From Chiloscyllium plagiosum (taxonomy: Eukaryota): a stretch of 64,000 bases of DNA. The stretch covers positions 76,091,817 through 76,155,816 of the forward strand of contig NC_057711.1 in the NCBI RefSeq assembly GCF_004010195.1, read 5' to 3'. Within the stretch, counting starts at the first letter, position 1. Each line of letters starts with the position of its first letter. Of the stretch, positions 36,617 through 49,749 are shown one piece after another. The notes beneath the pieces were generated by a model. It did no database searches, was not told the DNA's origin, and saw only the letters and a program-made list of their open reading frames with translations. The position numbers were made by a program, and so were the translations under genes.

Positions 36617-37040
36617 CAGATTTGATTTGATTTATTATTGTCACATGTACCTAGACACAGTGAAACATTTTCTTTTGCATGCAGTACAAGCAGATCTTAC
36701 CACACGAAGTGCATTAGAGTAATAGAACAGAGCGAAGAACACAATGTCACGGCTGCAGAGAAGGTGCTCAAAGAGTGGATCAACATTTAAATTTAAATTT
36801 TGAGAGGTCAATTCAGAAGTCTGAATACAGTGGGGAAGAAGTTGTTCTTGAATCGATACGTGTGTTTAAGCTTTTGTATCTCCTGCCCAACAGAAGAGAT
36901 CGGAAGAGGTTATAATTAGAGTGAGAAATCTTTGATTATGATGGCTGCCTTTCCAAGGCAACGGGAAGTATAGATGGAGTCAATGGATGGAAGGTTGGCT
37001 TACATGATGGACTGAGCTACGTTCACAACTCTCTGTAGAA
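36617..37040 (-). mobile_element. Rex1/Babar-type LINE 3' fragment
   Basis: Minus strand encodes a motif like LLPSGRRYKSL (LLLGRRYKSL) and ends AATAAATCAAATCAAAT. Confidence 0.7.
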
Positions 37041-37677
37041 TCTATGAAGCAAAGAACAGCATGCACATTATCTTTTCATCAAAATCAGCAGAGGAAAATA
37101 CAATGTGGTTTATCACTTATAATCATACATTAATTTACAGAAATCCTTACCTTTCACAATACTATAAAAGTCATAATAGCATTAATGGCACTTTCTTAGC
37201 ATTTTTACGAATGGAAAAATGTGATTACATGTCAATGGCAGGTAAGTACTTGGTGTAAAAGAGAAAAAAGAAGATAAGCAACAAGGTGCAGTTAAACTCT
37301 GCCAAGCTCAATTTTTAAAAAGCTTAAGATTGTACTTTGAGGAAAAGAGTGAGGCCCAAAAGCAGCATGTCATTCTTTAACTGCACACTAAACGCTCCTT
37401 GTCTAAAAGCAGTTGATATCAGTTGACAATAGAAGACAGAACCTGTGCCTCTGTTAATTGATTGATACCTAAGGCTCAACCTATATAATTTCAGATGGGT
37501 TTGTTAAATGACAGTGCTTCCCTCATTTGGCAATAGGTTGGCAACTAGTTTCAAGAAATTCCAGCTATGGAAACAGATGGAAGAATTTGTTTTTGGTGCG
37601 AGAGGAAAGAAGGTAAAGAAGAATCTCTGCATCTGTTTCCTGCGAAAGACGAGTTAAATGTGTGAATTGTGGTTGAA

Positions 37678-38569
37678 TCAGGAGAGACCACTCCCTCTGC
37701 GACTCCCTCGTCAGGTCCACACCCCACACCAACCCAACCTCCACTCCCGGCACCTTCCCCTGCAACTGCAAGAAGTGCAAAACTTGCGCCCACACCTCCC
37801 CCCTCACCTCCCTCCAAGGCCCCAATAGATCCGTCTATATCCGTCGCAAATTCACCTGCACCTCCGCACACACCATTTACTGTATCCGCTGCACCCGATG
37901 TGGTCTCCTCTACATTGGGGAGACAGGCCGTCTACTTGCAGAACATTTCAGGGAACACCTCTGGGACACCCGCACCAACCAACCCAACCGCCCGGTGGCT
38001 GAACACTTTAACTCCCCCTCCCACTCNNNNNNNNNNNNNNNNNNNNNNNNNNNNNNNNNNNNNNNNNNNNNNNNNNNNNNNNNNNNNNNNNNNNNNNNNN
38101 NNNNNNNNNNNNNNNNNNNNNNNNNNNNNNNNNNNNNNNNNNNNNNNNNNNNNNNNNNNNNNNNNNNNNNNNNNNNNNNNNNNNNNNNNNNNNNNNNNNN
38201 NNNNNNNNNNNNNNNNNNNNNNNNNNNNNNNNNNNNNNNNNNNNNNNNNNNNNNNNNNNNNNNNNNNNNNNNNNNNNNNNNNNNNNNNNNNNNNNNNNNN
38301 NNNNNNNNNNNNNNNNNNNNNCTCTCCGGCCTATCACCCTCACCCTCACCTCCTTCCACCTATCGTATTCCCAGCGCTCCTCCCCCAAATTCCCTCCCCC
38401 CTACCTTTTATCTCAGCCCGCTTGGCACACCAGCCTCACTCCTGAAGAAAGGCTTATGCCCGAAACGTCGATTCTCCTGCTCCTCAGATGCTGCCTGGCC
38501 TGCTGTGTTTTTCCAGCACCACATTTTTCAACTCTGGTACTCCAGCATCTGCAGTCCTCACTTTCTCCA
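37678..38569 (+). mobile_element. 5'-truncated Penelope-like element (GIY-YIG, pLTR) with 13-bp TSD. Spans an assembly gap.
   Basis: IYCIRCTRCGLLYIGETGRLLAEHFREH..VAEHFNSPSH. TSD AATTGTGGTTGAA (37665-77 / 38570-82). Hammerhead CTGAAGA (38442)...GAAACGTC (38462-69). Confidence 0.93.
38027..38321. other. Assembly gap (295 N)
   Basis: A run of N inside the PLE copy. Confidence 1.
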
Positions 38570-38727
38570 AATTGTGGTTGAAGTACACTACATCACTGAT
38601 ATCTGAGTTGATCCTGATTTCCTGAAATATTCTCCTTGATACCTAACAAAGTTTATTGATGTTAATCTTGAAGGCTCCAATAGTTGCAATATTGTCAGCT
38701 ATTGGTGAGATAGTTGTGAATTTACAC

Positions 38728-38900
38728 TAAAAGTAAAGTAACCATAGCCTTACTGGACCGTGAGGCTACTTTCTCACCAGAGAGAGAAACAACTGGCAGT
38801 AACTTAACCTATCGATCACTACGCCTCAGGCAAGGTGTGAGAATTGAACTCACACTTTTGGCATCAGCTCTGAGTATCCAGCCAACTGAGTTAACTGATC
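38728..38900 (-). mobile_element. Decayed tRNA-derived SINE
   Basis: Minus-strand TAACTCAGTTGGCTGG (A-box-like), GAGTTCAATTC (B-box-like) and an (ACTTT)n tail. Confidence 0.5.
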
Positions 38901-40544
38901 TCCAAGTATAGCTGTCATCAGATTCCAAACATTCTCTGGAGTTATACTGCGTTTTGTGTGAAAAGGTGCTGCCTGATTTCACTCTTGAATGTCCTGGTTC
39001 TTATTTGGTTCTTGACTGCCTTACTGAAGCTAACAGTGTATTTGTATCTATGTATTGAATTATTTTCCAACAGTTTTTACTCAAGCAACACCTCATATTT
39101 CTATACGCAAGGAATGTTTATACCATTAAATATATCATTTGTAATTTCACATGTACAAATATGAAACATAAAATTAATAAGAAAAGGGGGACTCAACAGC
39201 TGCATGTGTTATCATAGGATATGCTATCATACTAATTATTAATACACAAATAGCATTTGACAGCCTGTCAACCATTAGAAGGAGAAACTCCATTGCACAA
39301 ATTATACCATAAGAGAAGTTTGCATTTCATTAAATACTTCCACTATAATGACATTTTTAACCATCCCTTTTTGGTCCATTTTTCAAAAAGTAATTTTCTG
39401 ATACTCTTTTCATGAATAAATTCCAGTTTAGATGAAGATTTATTGTAGTGATTTGTATTCTGGAAATCCATTTTCTGTCCAGTGCAAATTTTTAGCCAGA
39501 GGTTTGAGAGAAAAGTGCAATTTCAAGTAATTATAAATATTTCTGATAATAAGATTTTATTATCAGGTAACTCTCATAAATTTAACATGACTTGTCCTAA
39601 TCTGCATTTGATCATTTATCAAATCTACCTCAAGTACTCCATTGAAGTGCGATAATCTTTAAATGTGAACTCTTGATGAGGGATGGTATCTGCAGAGGGA
39701 AGTGTAAGGTATGGGAAGCTCTTTAAACATTCCCCATGGTTTAATATCAACTCATATATTCATGTATTTATGCATAATTACAGACATCTTCATGGAGCAC
39801 TGTATTTCATCAAATGCAAGGAATTGGGCGACAATGTATGGCATATGTAAAGAGGTGCAAACTGATACTTCCATTAACTTTTGTGTTTACTGACTCCTGG
39901 AGTTCCCATCCTCTTTTTAGAGAACAGTTTGTTGTATCTAGCTATTTTATTATGGAGAAACTTCCATTAACTAGACCTTGAAATGACCCTGACTGCAGAG
40001 GATTAAGTGTATGTATACTGAACAAATTTGCATTTAATTCTATAGTTTGTTGTAATGACAGAATCATGAAGTCATTTCAAATAAATAGCTCATCGCCTGC
40101 TGATGCTTCATCCTGCGCTATTTCTCTTGGTAGTTTGTTTTTTGCCAGTGGGGGTTTGCTTGTGCCATCAATTCTGAGGGGCAGGAAAGGAGGCCAGTCT
40201 ATCTGAGACAGAATGGAAATTGAGTCCATGTTGTTGGCATTATGTTAAATTATGTGTTAACAATTGAGATGACTGAACTAAATACAGAATGTCTTGTCCT
40301 TGGGCTGGTGCATTTGCTAAATGAAGATTTATTGCAATCATACAAGATAAATTATCTTGTAGGTCCTGCAATGTTGAAATCAAATTTTTTTTTGGTTTCA
40401 AAGTTTATGAATAAATTATATTTTTGAAAAAACGTTAACTCAAAACATTAACTCTGCTTTCTCCCTCAGATGCTGCCCAACCTACTGAGTTTTTCTAGCA
40501 ATTTCTGATTTTGTTTTTGATTTTCAGCATCCACAGTCCTTTCA

Positions 40545-41520
40545 GAGAGTCATATAGAGTCATAGAGCTGTACAGCATCGAAATAGATCCTTCGGTCCAA
40601 CTCCTCCAAGCCGACCAGATATCCGAACCTAATCTAGTCCCATTTGCCAGCATTTGGCCCATATCCCTCTAAACCCTTTCTACTCATATACTATCCAGAT
40701 GCCTTTTAAATATTGTAACAGCCTCCACCACTTTTGCTGACAGCTCATTCCATACATACACCACCACCATCTGCATGAAAAAAATTGCTCCTCAGTTCCC
40801 TTTTAAGTCTTTCCCCTTTCACCTTAAACCCATGCCCACTAATTTTGGACTCCCCCACCCCTGTGGAAAATACCTTGGCTAATCACCTTATCTATGCGAC
40901 TTATGATTTTATTAACTTCTATAAGGTCATTCCTCAACCTCTGAAGCTCGAGAGAAAATAGCTCCAGCCTATTCAGCCTCTTCCTATTGCTTAACCCTGG
41001 CAACATGCTTGTAAGTCTTTTCTAAAGCCTTTCAAGTTTCACAACATCCTTCCTATAGCAGGGAGACCAGAACTGAACTCAGTATAACAGAAGTGGCCTA
41101 ACCAATGCCCTGTACAGCCTCAACATGACCTCCCAATACACAATGCACTGACCAATAAAGGCAAGCATACCAAATGCCTTCTTTACTATTCTGTCTATCT
41201 GCAACTCTACTTTCAAGGAACTATGAACCTGCACTCTAAAGTCTCTTTGTTCAGTAAGATTTCTTAGGATCTTACCAGTAAGTGTATAGTCTTGACCTGA
41301 TTGGTCTTTCCAAAATACAGCACCTCACATTTATCTAAATTAAATTAAACTCCATTTGCCACTCCTTGGCCCATCTGATCAAGGTGTCATTGTACTCTTA
41401 AGTAACCTTCCTGGCTTTCCACTACACCACTAATTTTGCTGTCTTCTGCAAACTTACCAACCAAATCTCCTGTGTTCACATCCAAATCATTTTACATAAA
41501 TGACAAAAATCAGTGGACTC
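40545..41520 (-). mobile_element. CR1 (HER1-like) LINE 3' about 1 kb
   Basis: Reverse complement of the 45172-46148 family, with a (CTCTATGA)n tail at 40545-40566. Preceded by a PLE-end fragment at 40430-40545. Confidence 0.92.
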
Positions 41521-41521
41521 A

Positions 41522-41621
41522 GAATTTCTGATGAAGGGCTTTTGCCCAAAACATCGTCTCTCCTGCTCCTCGAATGCTGCCTGACCTGCTATGCTTTTTC
41601 CAGTGCCACATGTTTTGATTC
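41522..41621 (+). mobile_element. PLE-end fragment with a mutated hammerhead
   Basis: CTGATGA (41528)-AGGGCTTTTGCCC-AAAACATC (GAAA changed to AAAA). Confidence 0.8.
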
Positions 41622-43181
41622 ATACTAGAAGAAGGTCTTGTGGGGCTGCCAAATTAAGTTTTTTAGTTTGCAGATCATTGAATCCAAATTCAATACCAAG
41701 GACATCAATAAAGTGAACTGCTCTGGCACTACCAAAGAGGAATTTCTCCCTATACTGCACAACAAACCATCGTTATCCACAGAGGATAAGGGCACAGACT
41801 TCCTGAACATAACAAAAAATGTGGGTACTGCTCCCAAGTAACTCTCCTATATACCATGAAGGACCACATGATCAGACCAGCTGAGCCAATGAGAAATAAA
41901 AGTTGGGGTCTGGGCTAATCTCACGAGCATATATATTCAAGGGTAGCACAACAACAGATACTGAGGAATAAGCTTAAATGAAGTTTCCCAATCCTGAAGT
42001 TTTGTGCCTTTATAATAAAATAATAATCTTTTTGATTTGCTCTTTAACTTCCTCTTTTGTTTTGCCTTGTGGCAGACAGGTGATATGTGATCTAACCACA
42101 CACACCTTTGTTTTTCTCGCAAGCTGAAGAGAAACAGCAAACCTTTGATTTCTTGTTCAAAGAAATCTTCACTAATCACCAACTGTTTCCCTGCTGCAGA
42201 GTTCACTGGAGTCCCTGTGTGGTGTTTTATTTCAGCCCACCAGTGTGGAGATAGTGGGATACAAAGGGAGAAGAAAAGATGTAATTACTCTCTTTCACAG
42301 ACGACATAATGACTCTGACAACTGCACTTTGTTACGAGTAGATTGAAGGCACTGAAGGCTAATACAGAGGTATAATTTACCTCAAACATTGAAACAACCA
42401 ATGATTAAACAGAGCTCTCTGAAGTATTGAACACCATGTTTCCCTTATTCTTCTGACATTCAGGCAACTTCTGAAGATTCACCTGTTTGAGAAGAAGCAC
42501 AGTGTATTGACCCCAGTTTCTAATTTCAACATTTCTATCTTCCCTTCGGGCTGATCCTGTTCTTTGTACATCAACATCTCAAAATAAATAAAGAGAAAAA
42601 GAGATAAAATCAAAGCTTAGGTTTTAATTCCCAGACGACATTGTGCAGGTTGGGATGGTTGCCCCACCCAAACTGCTGCAGCCTCACAGCATGAGGCTCA
42701 GGTGTATTTAGGGATCTCCTCTCAACACTGGTAGACCAAACCTGAAAAGGAATGCCAGTTGTGTGGGGAACTGTGTAGCAGGGCAGGAGCTGCCTCCAGC
42801 AGTCAAGTTAAGAGAACAGGAGGGAGAGAGGAGGGGGGAATGCAGATGGAATCGCAGTTGCGATGGATAGTCAGTTATATTCAGAATGGGTTCACTCAAG
42901 ATACTCTTGAGAGGTCCAGAAAAGTATACCTATCCAAACTGAGCCTCGAGAGAGCCACATTTATAAAACACTTCTGATTCTGGGTCCAATTGCTGTCAAT
43001 TGGCCTTGCAGAGAAGCCAAATGGAAATTTATGTGGAACTTTCTGTCAGGCCACAATGACAACATGAGAGCCCAATGTAGGACCTACATCATTAAAGCAT
43101 ATCCTGTAAATGAGAAAGTCTAACTTGAGATGTTACATTAACCCTAGGAGAGATACAGAACAATAGTATTGGAATAATAGT

Positions 43182-43501
43182 GGGCGGCACGGTGGCACAG
43201 TGGTTAGCACTGCTGCCTCACAGCGCCAGAGACCCGGGTTCAATTCCCGCCTCAGGCAACTGACTGTGTGGAGTTTGCACATTCTCCCCGTGTCTGCGTG
43301 GGTTTCCTCCGGGTGCTCCGGTTTCCTCCCACACTCCAAAGATGTGCAAGTCAGGTGAATTGGCCATGCTAAATTGCCCGTAGTGTTAGGTAAAGGGGTA
43401 AATGTAGGGGTATGGGTGGGTTACGCTTCGGCGGGTCGGTGTGGACTTGTTGGGCCGAAGGGCCTGTTTCCACACTGTAAGGAATCTAATCTAAAAAAAA
43501 A
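43182..43501 (+). mobile_element. Full-length HE1-type SINE
   Basis: A box TGGCACAGTGG (43193-203), B box GGTTCAATTCC (43237-47), and an AATCTAATCT plus A-run tail. Many CpGs are retained, so it is young. Confidence 0.93.
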
Positions 43502-45171
43502 TTATGAGGACATCATTTATAGATTTGACTTGTATTGCAATGAGTATGTCTTGGCATTGCTGTGTGCACTACAGGTCTTACCCCACGTCACTCTTGCTTT
43601 AAGCAATCACCTGAGCTACCTTTCACTTTTACTGCAGACTGAAAATGGATTGTGTTCACAGGGACATAATATAAAAGTCTATATACAAAAAGGGAAAGAA
43701 AACCCAAACCACCCATCTCCTGATTGTCAGCTTTGTGTGACTACGTCAAACTTTGCATAGTTCTTTGGTATATAAATACCAAGTGCAGAGATTCTACCCG
43801 TCACTGATGAGCCAAGAGTCTGGCCCCATTATAATGGAACAAAGCATTCAACTGAACCGATTCCTTGTGGGAAACCACAAGTCTATCAGGCAATGGGTCT
43901 CTATGTAATCTTTGTATCCCACTGTCTTTATGGCCCTGTAAGAGCATTTAGTAATGAATCCTATTGTATGGTGAGTCAATAGTTAAAGCAATTTGCTAGA
44001 ATAACCCATTTTCAGAAATTTCAAAGAAGAGCCAAGACATAGTTGGGCTAGTGATGGCAAGAGCACACCTTGTCAGATCTTTATGTGCATCCTGGAGTTT
44101 CACCACCAGATCAAGTTGGTTGAGGTGGGAAAGAGATCATTGTCCACTCTGGAATGTCTCTGAAAAGCTTGTCTGGAAAAGATGCAATGGTTCTGTTAAG
44201 GTTCACCTGAATACCTTTATGATGTAATATTTTGTGTTTGATGTGCTGTTCCCAGAGATACACTCTAAAAGAAACATCACTGCTGCTGGACAACCATCAA
44301 CTTGGTGAAAGATGCTATTTTTCTGTCCAAAACCTGTTGGTCTTCCAGTACAAAGAGTTGTCCATGACCAAGTGTTCCAGTCTAGCACATTCCAAGGTCT
44401 AGACCAGTTGTTAGGGGATGCACTAATGCTTGGGGCAGCCATTACAAAGATTCCTTGGGGAAAGAACCTTGTCTAAGGTCCACATGCCATAAGACACCAA
44501 GGAGCTGGAAAATGTGTAAGACTCCTTGGGCCATGTCATTGTCATTAATTGTATATTGTAAATACCATGTGAAATTGCAATCTGTATGTAAGATTACCCA
44601 ACTTTACAGAAAGAACATGAACTCTAGTACAATTTAAGTAATGTCCAATTTAAAATGTTACAGAATGTAATTTTATAATTTTTTTATGAAAACAGCATTT
44701 TTTGGAATAAACCCTTTCAAAATAGAAGACTGAATGGTAACCTATTGAGATGGTTAAAATGATAAAAGATATAATAGTGCAATTAATGAGAAACTTTTTT
44801 CTGGTGAGATAATTCAGTGTTAGATTCAATTTGTTTTGGGGGGTAAATCTGTAGTTAATGAGAAACAACTCACAAATTAAAACTGAATGTCATGTCCTTA
44901 AACTGGGCAAATAAAAATTACAGTTTACGGTTCTTATCACTCTAGTGGATGCTACATCTACGGCTTTCATGTGCATTGAATTCTATTTATGTCAGTCACA
45001 GTTGACACCATCACACTAATGAGGACACATAATTTTTGGTTCTTCTAAAGCCAAAAGACAAATAAAATTTAACAAATGTTTTTTTCATGAAACTCATATC
45101 CATGTTGCCATTGTCATGCTGTGCTTTATTTGCATCATAAAGACTACCTTGTGGTGAGAGCTTGCAACATG

Positions 45172-46148
45172 GGTTGAGGATAGAGTTTAAATTAGATAAA
45201 TGTGAGGTGCTGCATTTTGCAAAGGCAAATCAGAACAGGACGTATACATGTAATGGTAAGGTCCTGGGGAGTGTTGCTGATCAAAGAGAGCTTGGAGTGC
45301 AGGTTCATTGTTCCTTGAAAGTGGAGTCGCAGGTAGATAGGATAGTGAAGAAGGTGTTTGGTATGCTTTCTTTCATTTGTCAGAGCATTGAATATAGGAG
45401 TTGGCAAGTCATGTTAAGGCTGTACAGGACATTGGCTAGGCCACTTTTGGAATATTATGTGCAATTCTGGTCTCCCTTCTATTGGAAGGATGTTGTGAAA
45501 CTTGAAAGTGTTCAGAAAAGATTTACAAGGATGTTGCCAGGGTTGGAGGATTTGAGCTAAAGGGAGAGGCTGAATAGGCTGGGGCTGCTTTCCTTGGAGT
45601 GTCGGAGGCTGAGGAGTGACCTTATAGAGGTTTATAAAACCATGAGGGGCATGGATAGGATAAATAGGCAAGGTGGTGGAGGTGGGTACTACAAATGCTG
45701 GAGATTAGAGTTAAGATCAGAGGGTGCTGGAAAAGCACAGCAGGTCAGGCAGCATCCTAGGATGCTGCCTGACCTGCTGTGCTTTTCCAGCACCACTCTA
45801 ATCTTGAATCTAGATAGACAAGGTCTTTTCCTTGGGGTAGGAGAGTCCGGAACTATAAGGCATAGGTTTAGGGTGAGAGGGCAAAAATTTAAAAGGGACC
45901 TAAGGGGCAACTCTTTTACACAGAGGGTGGTGCATGTATGGAATGACCTGCCAGAGGAAATGGAGGAGGCTGGTACAATTACAACATTTAAAAGGCATCT
46001 GGATGGGTATATGAATAGGAAGGGTTTAGAGGGATATGGGTGAAGTGCTGGCAAATGGGACTAGATTAGGTTGGGATATCTTGTTGGCGTGGACGAGTTG
46101 AACTGAAGGGTCTCTTCCTGGGCTGGAACTCTCTATTACTCTATGACT
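45172..46148 (+). mobile_element. CR1 (HER1-like) LINE 3' about 0.85 kb
   Basis: DKCEVLHF..LYRTLARPLLEYYVQFWSP..LESVQKRFTRMLPGL, with a CTCTATGACTCT tail. Confidence 0.95.
45675..45810. mobile_element. PLE-end insertion with a perfect 72-bp palindrome
   Basis: 45723-45794 is a perfect inverted repeat centred on CCTAGG. TSD TAAATAGGCAAGGT (45661-74) / TAGATAGACAAGGT (45811-24). Confidence 0.9.
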
Positions 46149-46950
46149 CTGCAAAACAATTCTAGAGTTTTAAAGCCAGAAAACATAAAAGTCTCTTTAC
46201 TGTTTGAAAATATGCAGCACAATATGGGGAACAAAATTCTTATCAAACTTGAATAAAATTTAGCTGTTCCTTTTTCAACTAAGACAGCAATCAGGATTCT
46301 TAACAAAAGAGAGGAATATATTTTGTCTGGATATGCATTAACTATACTGCTGAACCCTGTATACATCATGATCAATTTGAATCAGGATGGTTCAATGAAA
46401 GTCTGAAATTACTTTAGCCGGATTCGGTTTCTGTACTGAATTATATTTGAATACCCAGCTAGGTGCATGTAATGACCTTTCGTTTCTGGTGGAAAACAAC
46501 AGATTTGCAATAGGACTTTGCACAAGCCTGATGTTAATCTGCAGTTTTATATTTCAAACTAATATTAAGGTCAAGGAGAGGGAGTTGGTGCTTTCATTTC
46601 TAAATAGACTAAATAACTGCACTATTTTAAGTCAACATGTTATATAAATCATGCATAGGCAATATATTTTGAGAAATTTCTTTTGTCCGCTTTAGGCTGG
46701 AGACTAGTGCACTCTGTTGAGAATGATATGGAAGCGCTTTCCCTCGGATTGAAACTATCAATACTTTCAATAAACAATAAAAGCAGAAGATTGAAAATTG
46801 GTCTTGGCAAAGTACATGATGTGCAATAATGAAATGGCAGATGGTTTTATAACTCACTTGATTGCCTTCTCCATTGAAGCTACTTTCCCACCCAAAACAA
46901 TTTCATCCCCACAGCCTCTTACATACAATGCCATAGGCTTTTAAATTGGC

Positions 46951-47162
46951 CATGATGTGGAGGAGCTACTGTTGGACTGGGGTGGTTTGTTCAATCCAAG
47001 TTTGTCCAATATATCACAGTATGACACTGTAATCTTCTGCTATAAAATCTGTGTCTTAGGGTGTTATACTCCAGAACCACCTGATGAAGGAGCACGCCTC
47101 TCGAAAGCTAGTGCTTCCAAATAAGCCAGTCGGACTATAACCCGGTGTTGTGTGATTTTTAA
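46951..47162. mobile_element. PLE-end insertion (AGCU-hammerhead family) with a perfect 13-bp TSD
   Basis: TSD CTTTTAAATTGGC (46938-50 / 47163-75). CAC-CTGATGA (47081)...GAAAGCTA-GTG (47103-13). Confidence 0.9.
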
Positions 47163-48059
47163 CTTTTAAATTGGCAGTTAGAAAATAACCCTGGAATCCC
47201 TCAGTGACAAATATCATATCTTTTTAAGTGAGCTAATGACAATAACAGCTGGTTTCATACCACTGAGAAACATACAAATGTATTGTCATGGGAATTTGTA
47301 TTTATGGTAGCAAATGATAATATGAAAGAACTGTTCGTTGAAAGTAGAGGAAGAGGTCAGTCGACCTTTCTTTCAGGTGACTATTTATAGGACCTAAGGG
47401 AGCTGGCTGCGGTTGCCTTGTTACTGCTGCCACCCACAATGTTTTCTTTAGAACATTTGCTCAGAAACCGATCTCACCTTGACATGGCTCAGTTCAGCTT
47501 TGATGGAGGCAGAGAATAACAGGGGACCCTGAACTCCAGCTTTCAGTTGGACAATTGAACAATAGACATTGCATTGTTTCTTTTGCTGTTTACTCTCTCG
47601 AGGGAACAGATTTAGAAGCCAAATCAAAAGAAAGGCAAACTAAGGGATGCTTTGTACCTCTCGGTAACAGCTAAATTTAAAAGGTAATATAATCCTGTCC
47701 TCTTATTCTACTACCTGCCCCAATAATTTATTACCTTGCCAACATAATTTTGTACATTTTGCCAGTAAAGTTACTTTGCATCACTTTTTGTTCTGTGCTG
47801 GATTGCCTCTTCCATTGCCATATTTATCACGAGACGTTTAACAGTGTTGAATTGAAATCAATCAGAGGCAAATTTGTATGTTAATCTTTTAACTGCTTTT
47901 AAAACTTTAAAACATTTTATTTGCTAACGACTGACAAGTTTAGCTTGGCCCTAGAGTTAAACTTGGATTCTGTTAAAAATGCTTTATTAATGTTAAAAAG
48001 TTAAAATGTTATGCAACGGTACCACATTTATATAGTACTTTCAGCATGTGCCCCACAGG

Positions 48060-48960
48060 ACACTACATGTGTTTTCACAGGATCAGTGCAAATCAAAATG
48101 AGAAATGAGTCACACAGGGAGATATTAGATGAAGAAATGGTTAGAATGTTTAGTCAAAGAGAAGTATCTTAAGGAATGTCTTAAAGAAGCAAAGTGAGGT
48201 AAGAGGTAGGAACAATATTCCAGAACTTTGGAAATAAACAAATGAAGGCACACCACCAAATGTGAAGCAATTTAAATACATGCATATGTGAGATCAGTAA
48301 TACAGATATCTCGAAGGCTGGGGAAGGTTACAATAATAAGGTGGGTTGAGTACTTTAATAGTTTTCAACATTGTTCAGTATGCTACTGTAATGATTTGAA
48401 ATCCATTTCTATGCATCTCCAGAATTTGGGTGTCAACATAAACACTCTTAGAGATTGGTTTCCTTTTCTCTAGGTCACCAGTTGTCTTAATTTCCAACAT
48501 CCTTTGCCCTAAATCTAGTGTAGTATTGAAGTCCTTCTTGTCACGTCCTTCACTTTTCTGATGTCAGAGTAACATTGCTAGTCACATCACCATTTACATT
48601 TACTACAATGAGACCATTGAGGACAAAGACACGTCAGAGTTTTAAAATGTAAATGTTGCTTACACGGGAGCCGATGTAGGTGAGCAGACTGTTAGTGGAA
48701 CGGGACTCAGTGAGAATTAAAATAAGAACAGCAAAAGTCTGAACAATTTCAACTTTAGGCATCATAGAATTTGGCATACTAGCCTGCAATATGTTTGAAA
48801 AGTTAATTCTAGAGGTAACAATGGTATGAGTGAGGATGTTAATTCATGAGGCTAGTTTGAAAATGATACCAAGTTTGTGAGCAGAATGGCTTAATTTCAA
48901 CTTATTACTGAGGAGAGAGATGGAGTCAATAGTAAAGGAACTGAGTTTGGAGTGGTGACC
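48060..48960 (-). mobile_element. Old L2-like LINE fragment
   Basis: Patchy resemblance to the reverse complement of an L2 3' end (TCTTAAGGAATGTCTTAAAG..TTCCAGAACTTTGG). Confidence 0.45.
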
Positions 48961-49749
48961 ACACTCATATTGACTTATCACATTAGTGAGCTTTAAGACA
49001 TGGAGGAATTGACTTCTAATCATAACTCAGTTGGAAATTTATCCCTGTTTAATATTCTCAAAACTTGGAATTTTATATATAATTCATTGGCATTGACTTT
49101 AACTTATAGTGGGAAAATGTATAGCAGGAGCTAAACAACCAACTTGGAAATCAAAAACTGGAAAAGGTTCTAGCCTCTAGGTAGCCTGCTTGAACACAGT
49201 TGACATTACTGTCTGGCCAACCAGAGGACTCACAAGAATGGTGGTCAGTAAATGCTTAAGAAGGGTATAGTTGAACATGCAGAAGTGTGGTTGGATCAGC
49301 CAGGAAGGGTCCATGTTGGGTTTGATTGAGAATTTCTGCTTCTGATGCACCATGATACTTCATCAAGCTTCTAACACATGATGCTCGGTCTAAGGTTAAA
49401 ATTGCAGTCTGTGCATTAATCTCCAATGAAACCCCCTCCCATCTTAATTTCTGTTTGGCCTCTATTAACCTATTTCAGTTCTGCTCATAAATTAACATCT
49501 TTATAAATGAACAGAGTGTTCACAGCATCTTAGAGTCATAGAGTCCAACCCGTCCATGCCTATGCTCATTTTTTGTCCGAAAATTATAAGAAGTGACTTA
49601 CAGTCAGATTATTTCAGATAATGCATATTTCAGAATGCCCAACTTGTGCAGATGGCCAAGTGCTACCGGTCCATTTACAGACTTGTTTGAAACTTGTGTA
49701 ATAAAAGCTTTAAGCACACAGAGAGTCCAAGGATCTGGAAGCAAAGGTT

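Noticed and set aside
37669..38606. Longest ORFs in the track (258 aa, 203 aa, 149 aa, 126 aa)
   Set aside because: They are artefacts of reading through the 295-N gap within a Penelope copy.
41625..41841. Opposed ORFs of about 70 aa with a possible acceptor (TTTGCAG) at 41672
   Set aside because: No recognisable protein, only a weak donor, and no partner exons.
43182..43260. tRNA-like A/B boxes
   Set aside because: These are SINE heads, not tRNA genes. They continue into the HE1 body and tail.
47478..47497. Possible 20-nt minus-strand exon (AAAG|CTGAACTGAGCCATGTCAAG|GTGAGA)
   Set aside because: Splice signals of this strength are expected by chance, and it gives a stop if joined after the 51835 microexon.
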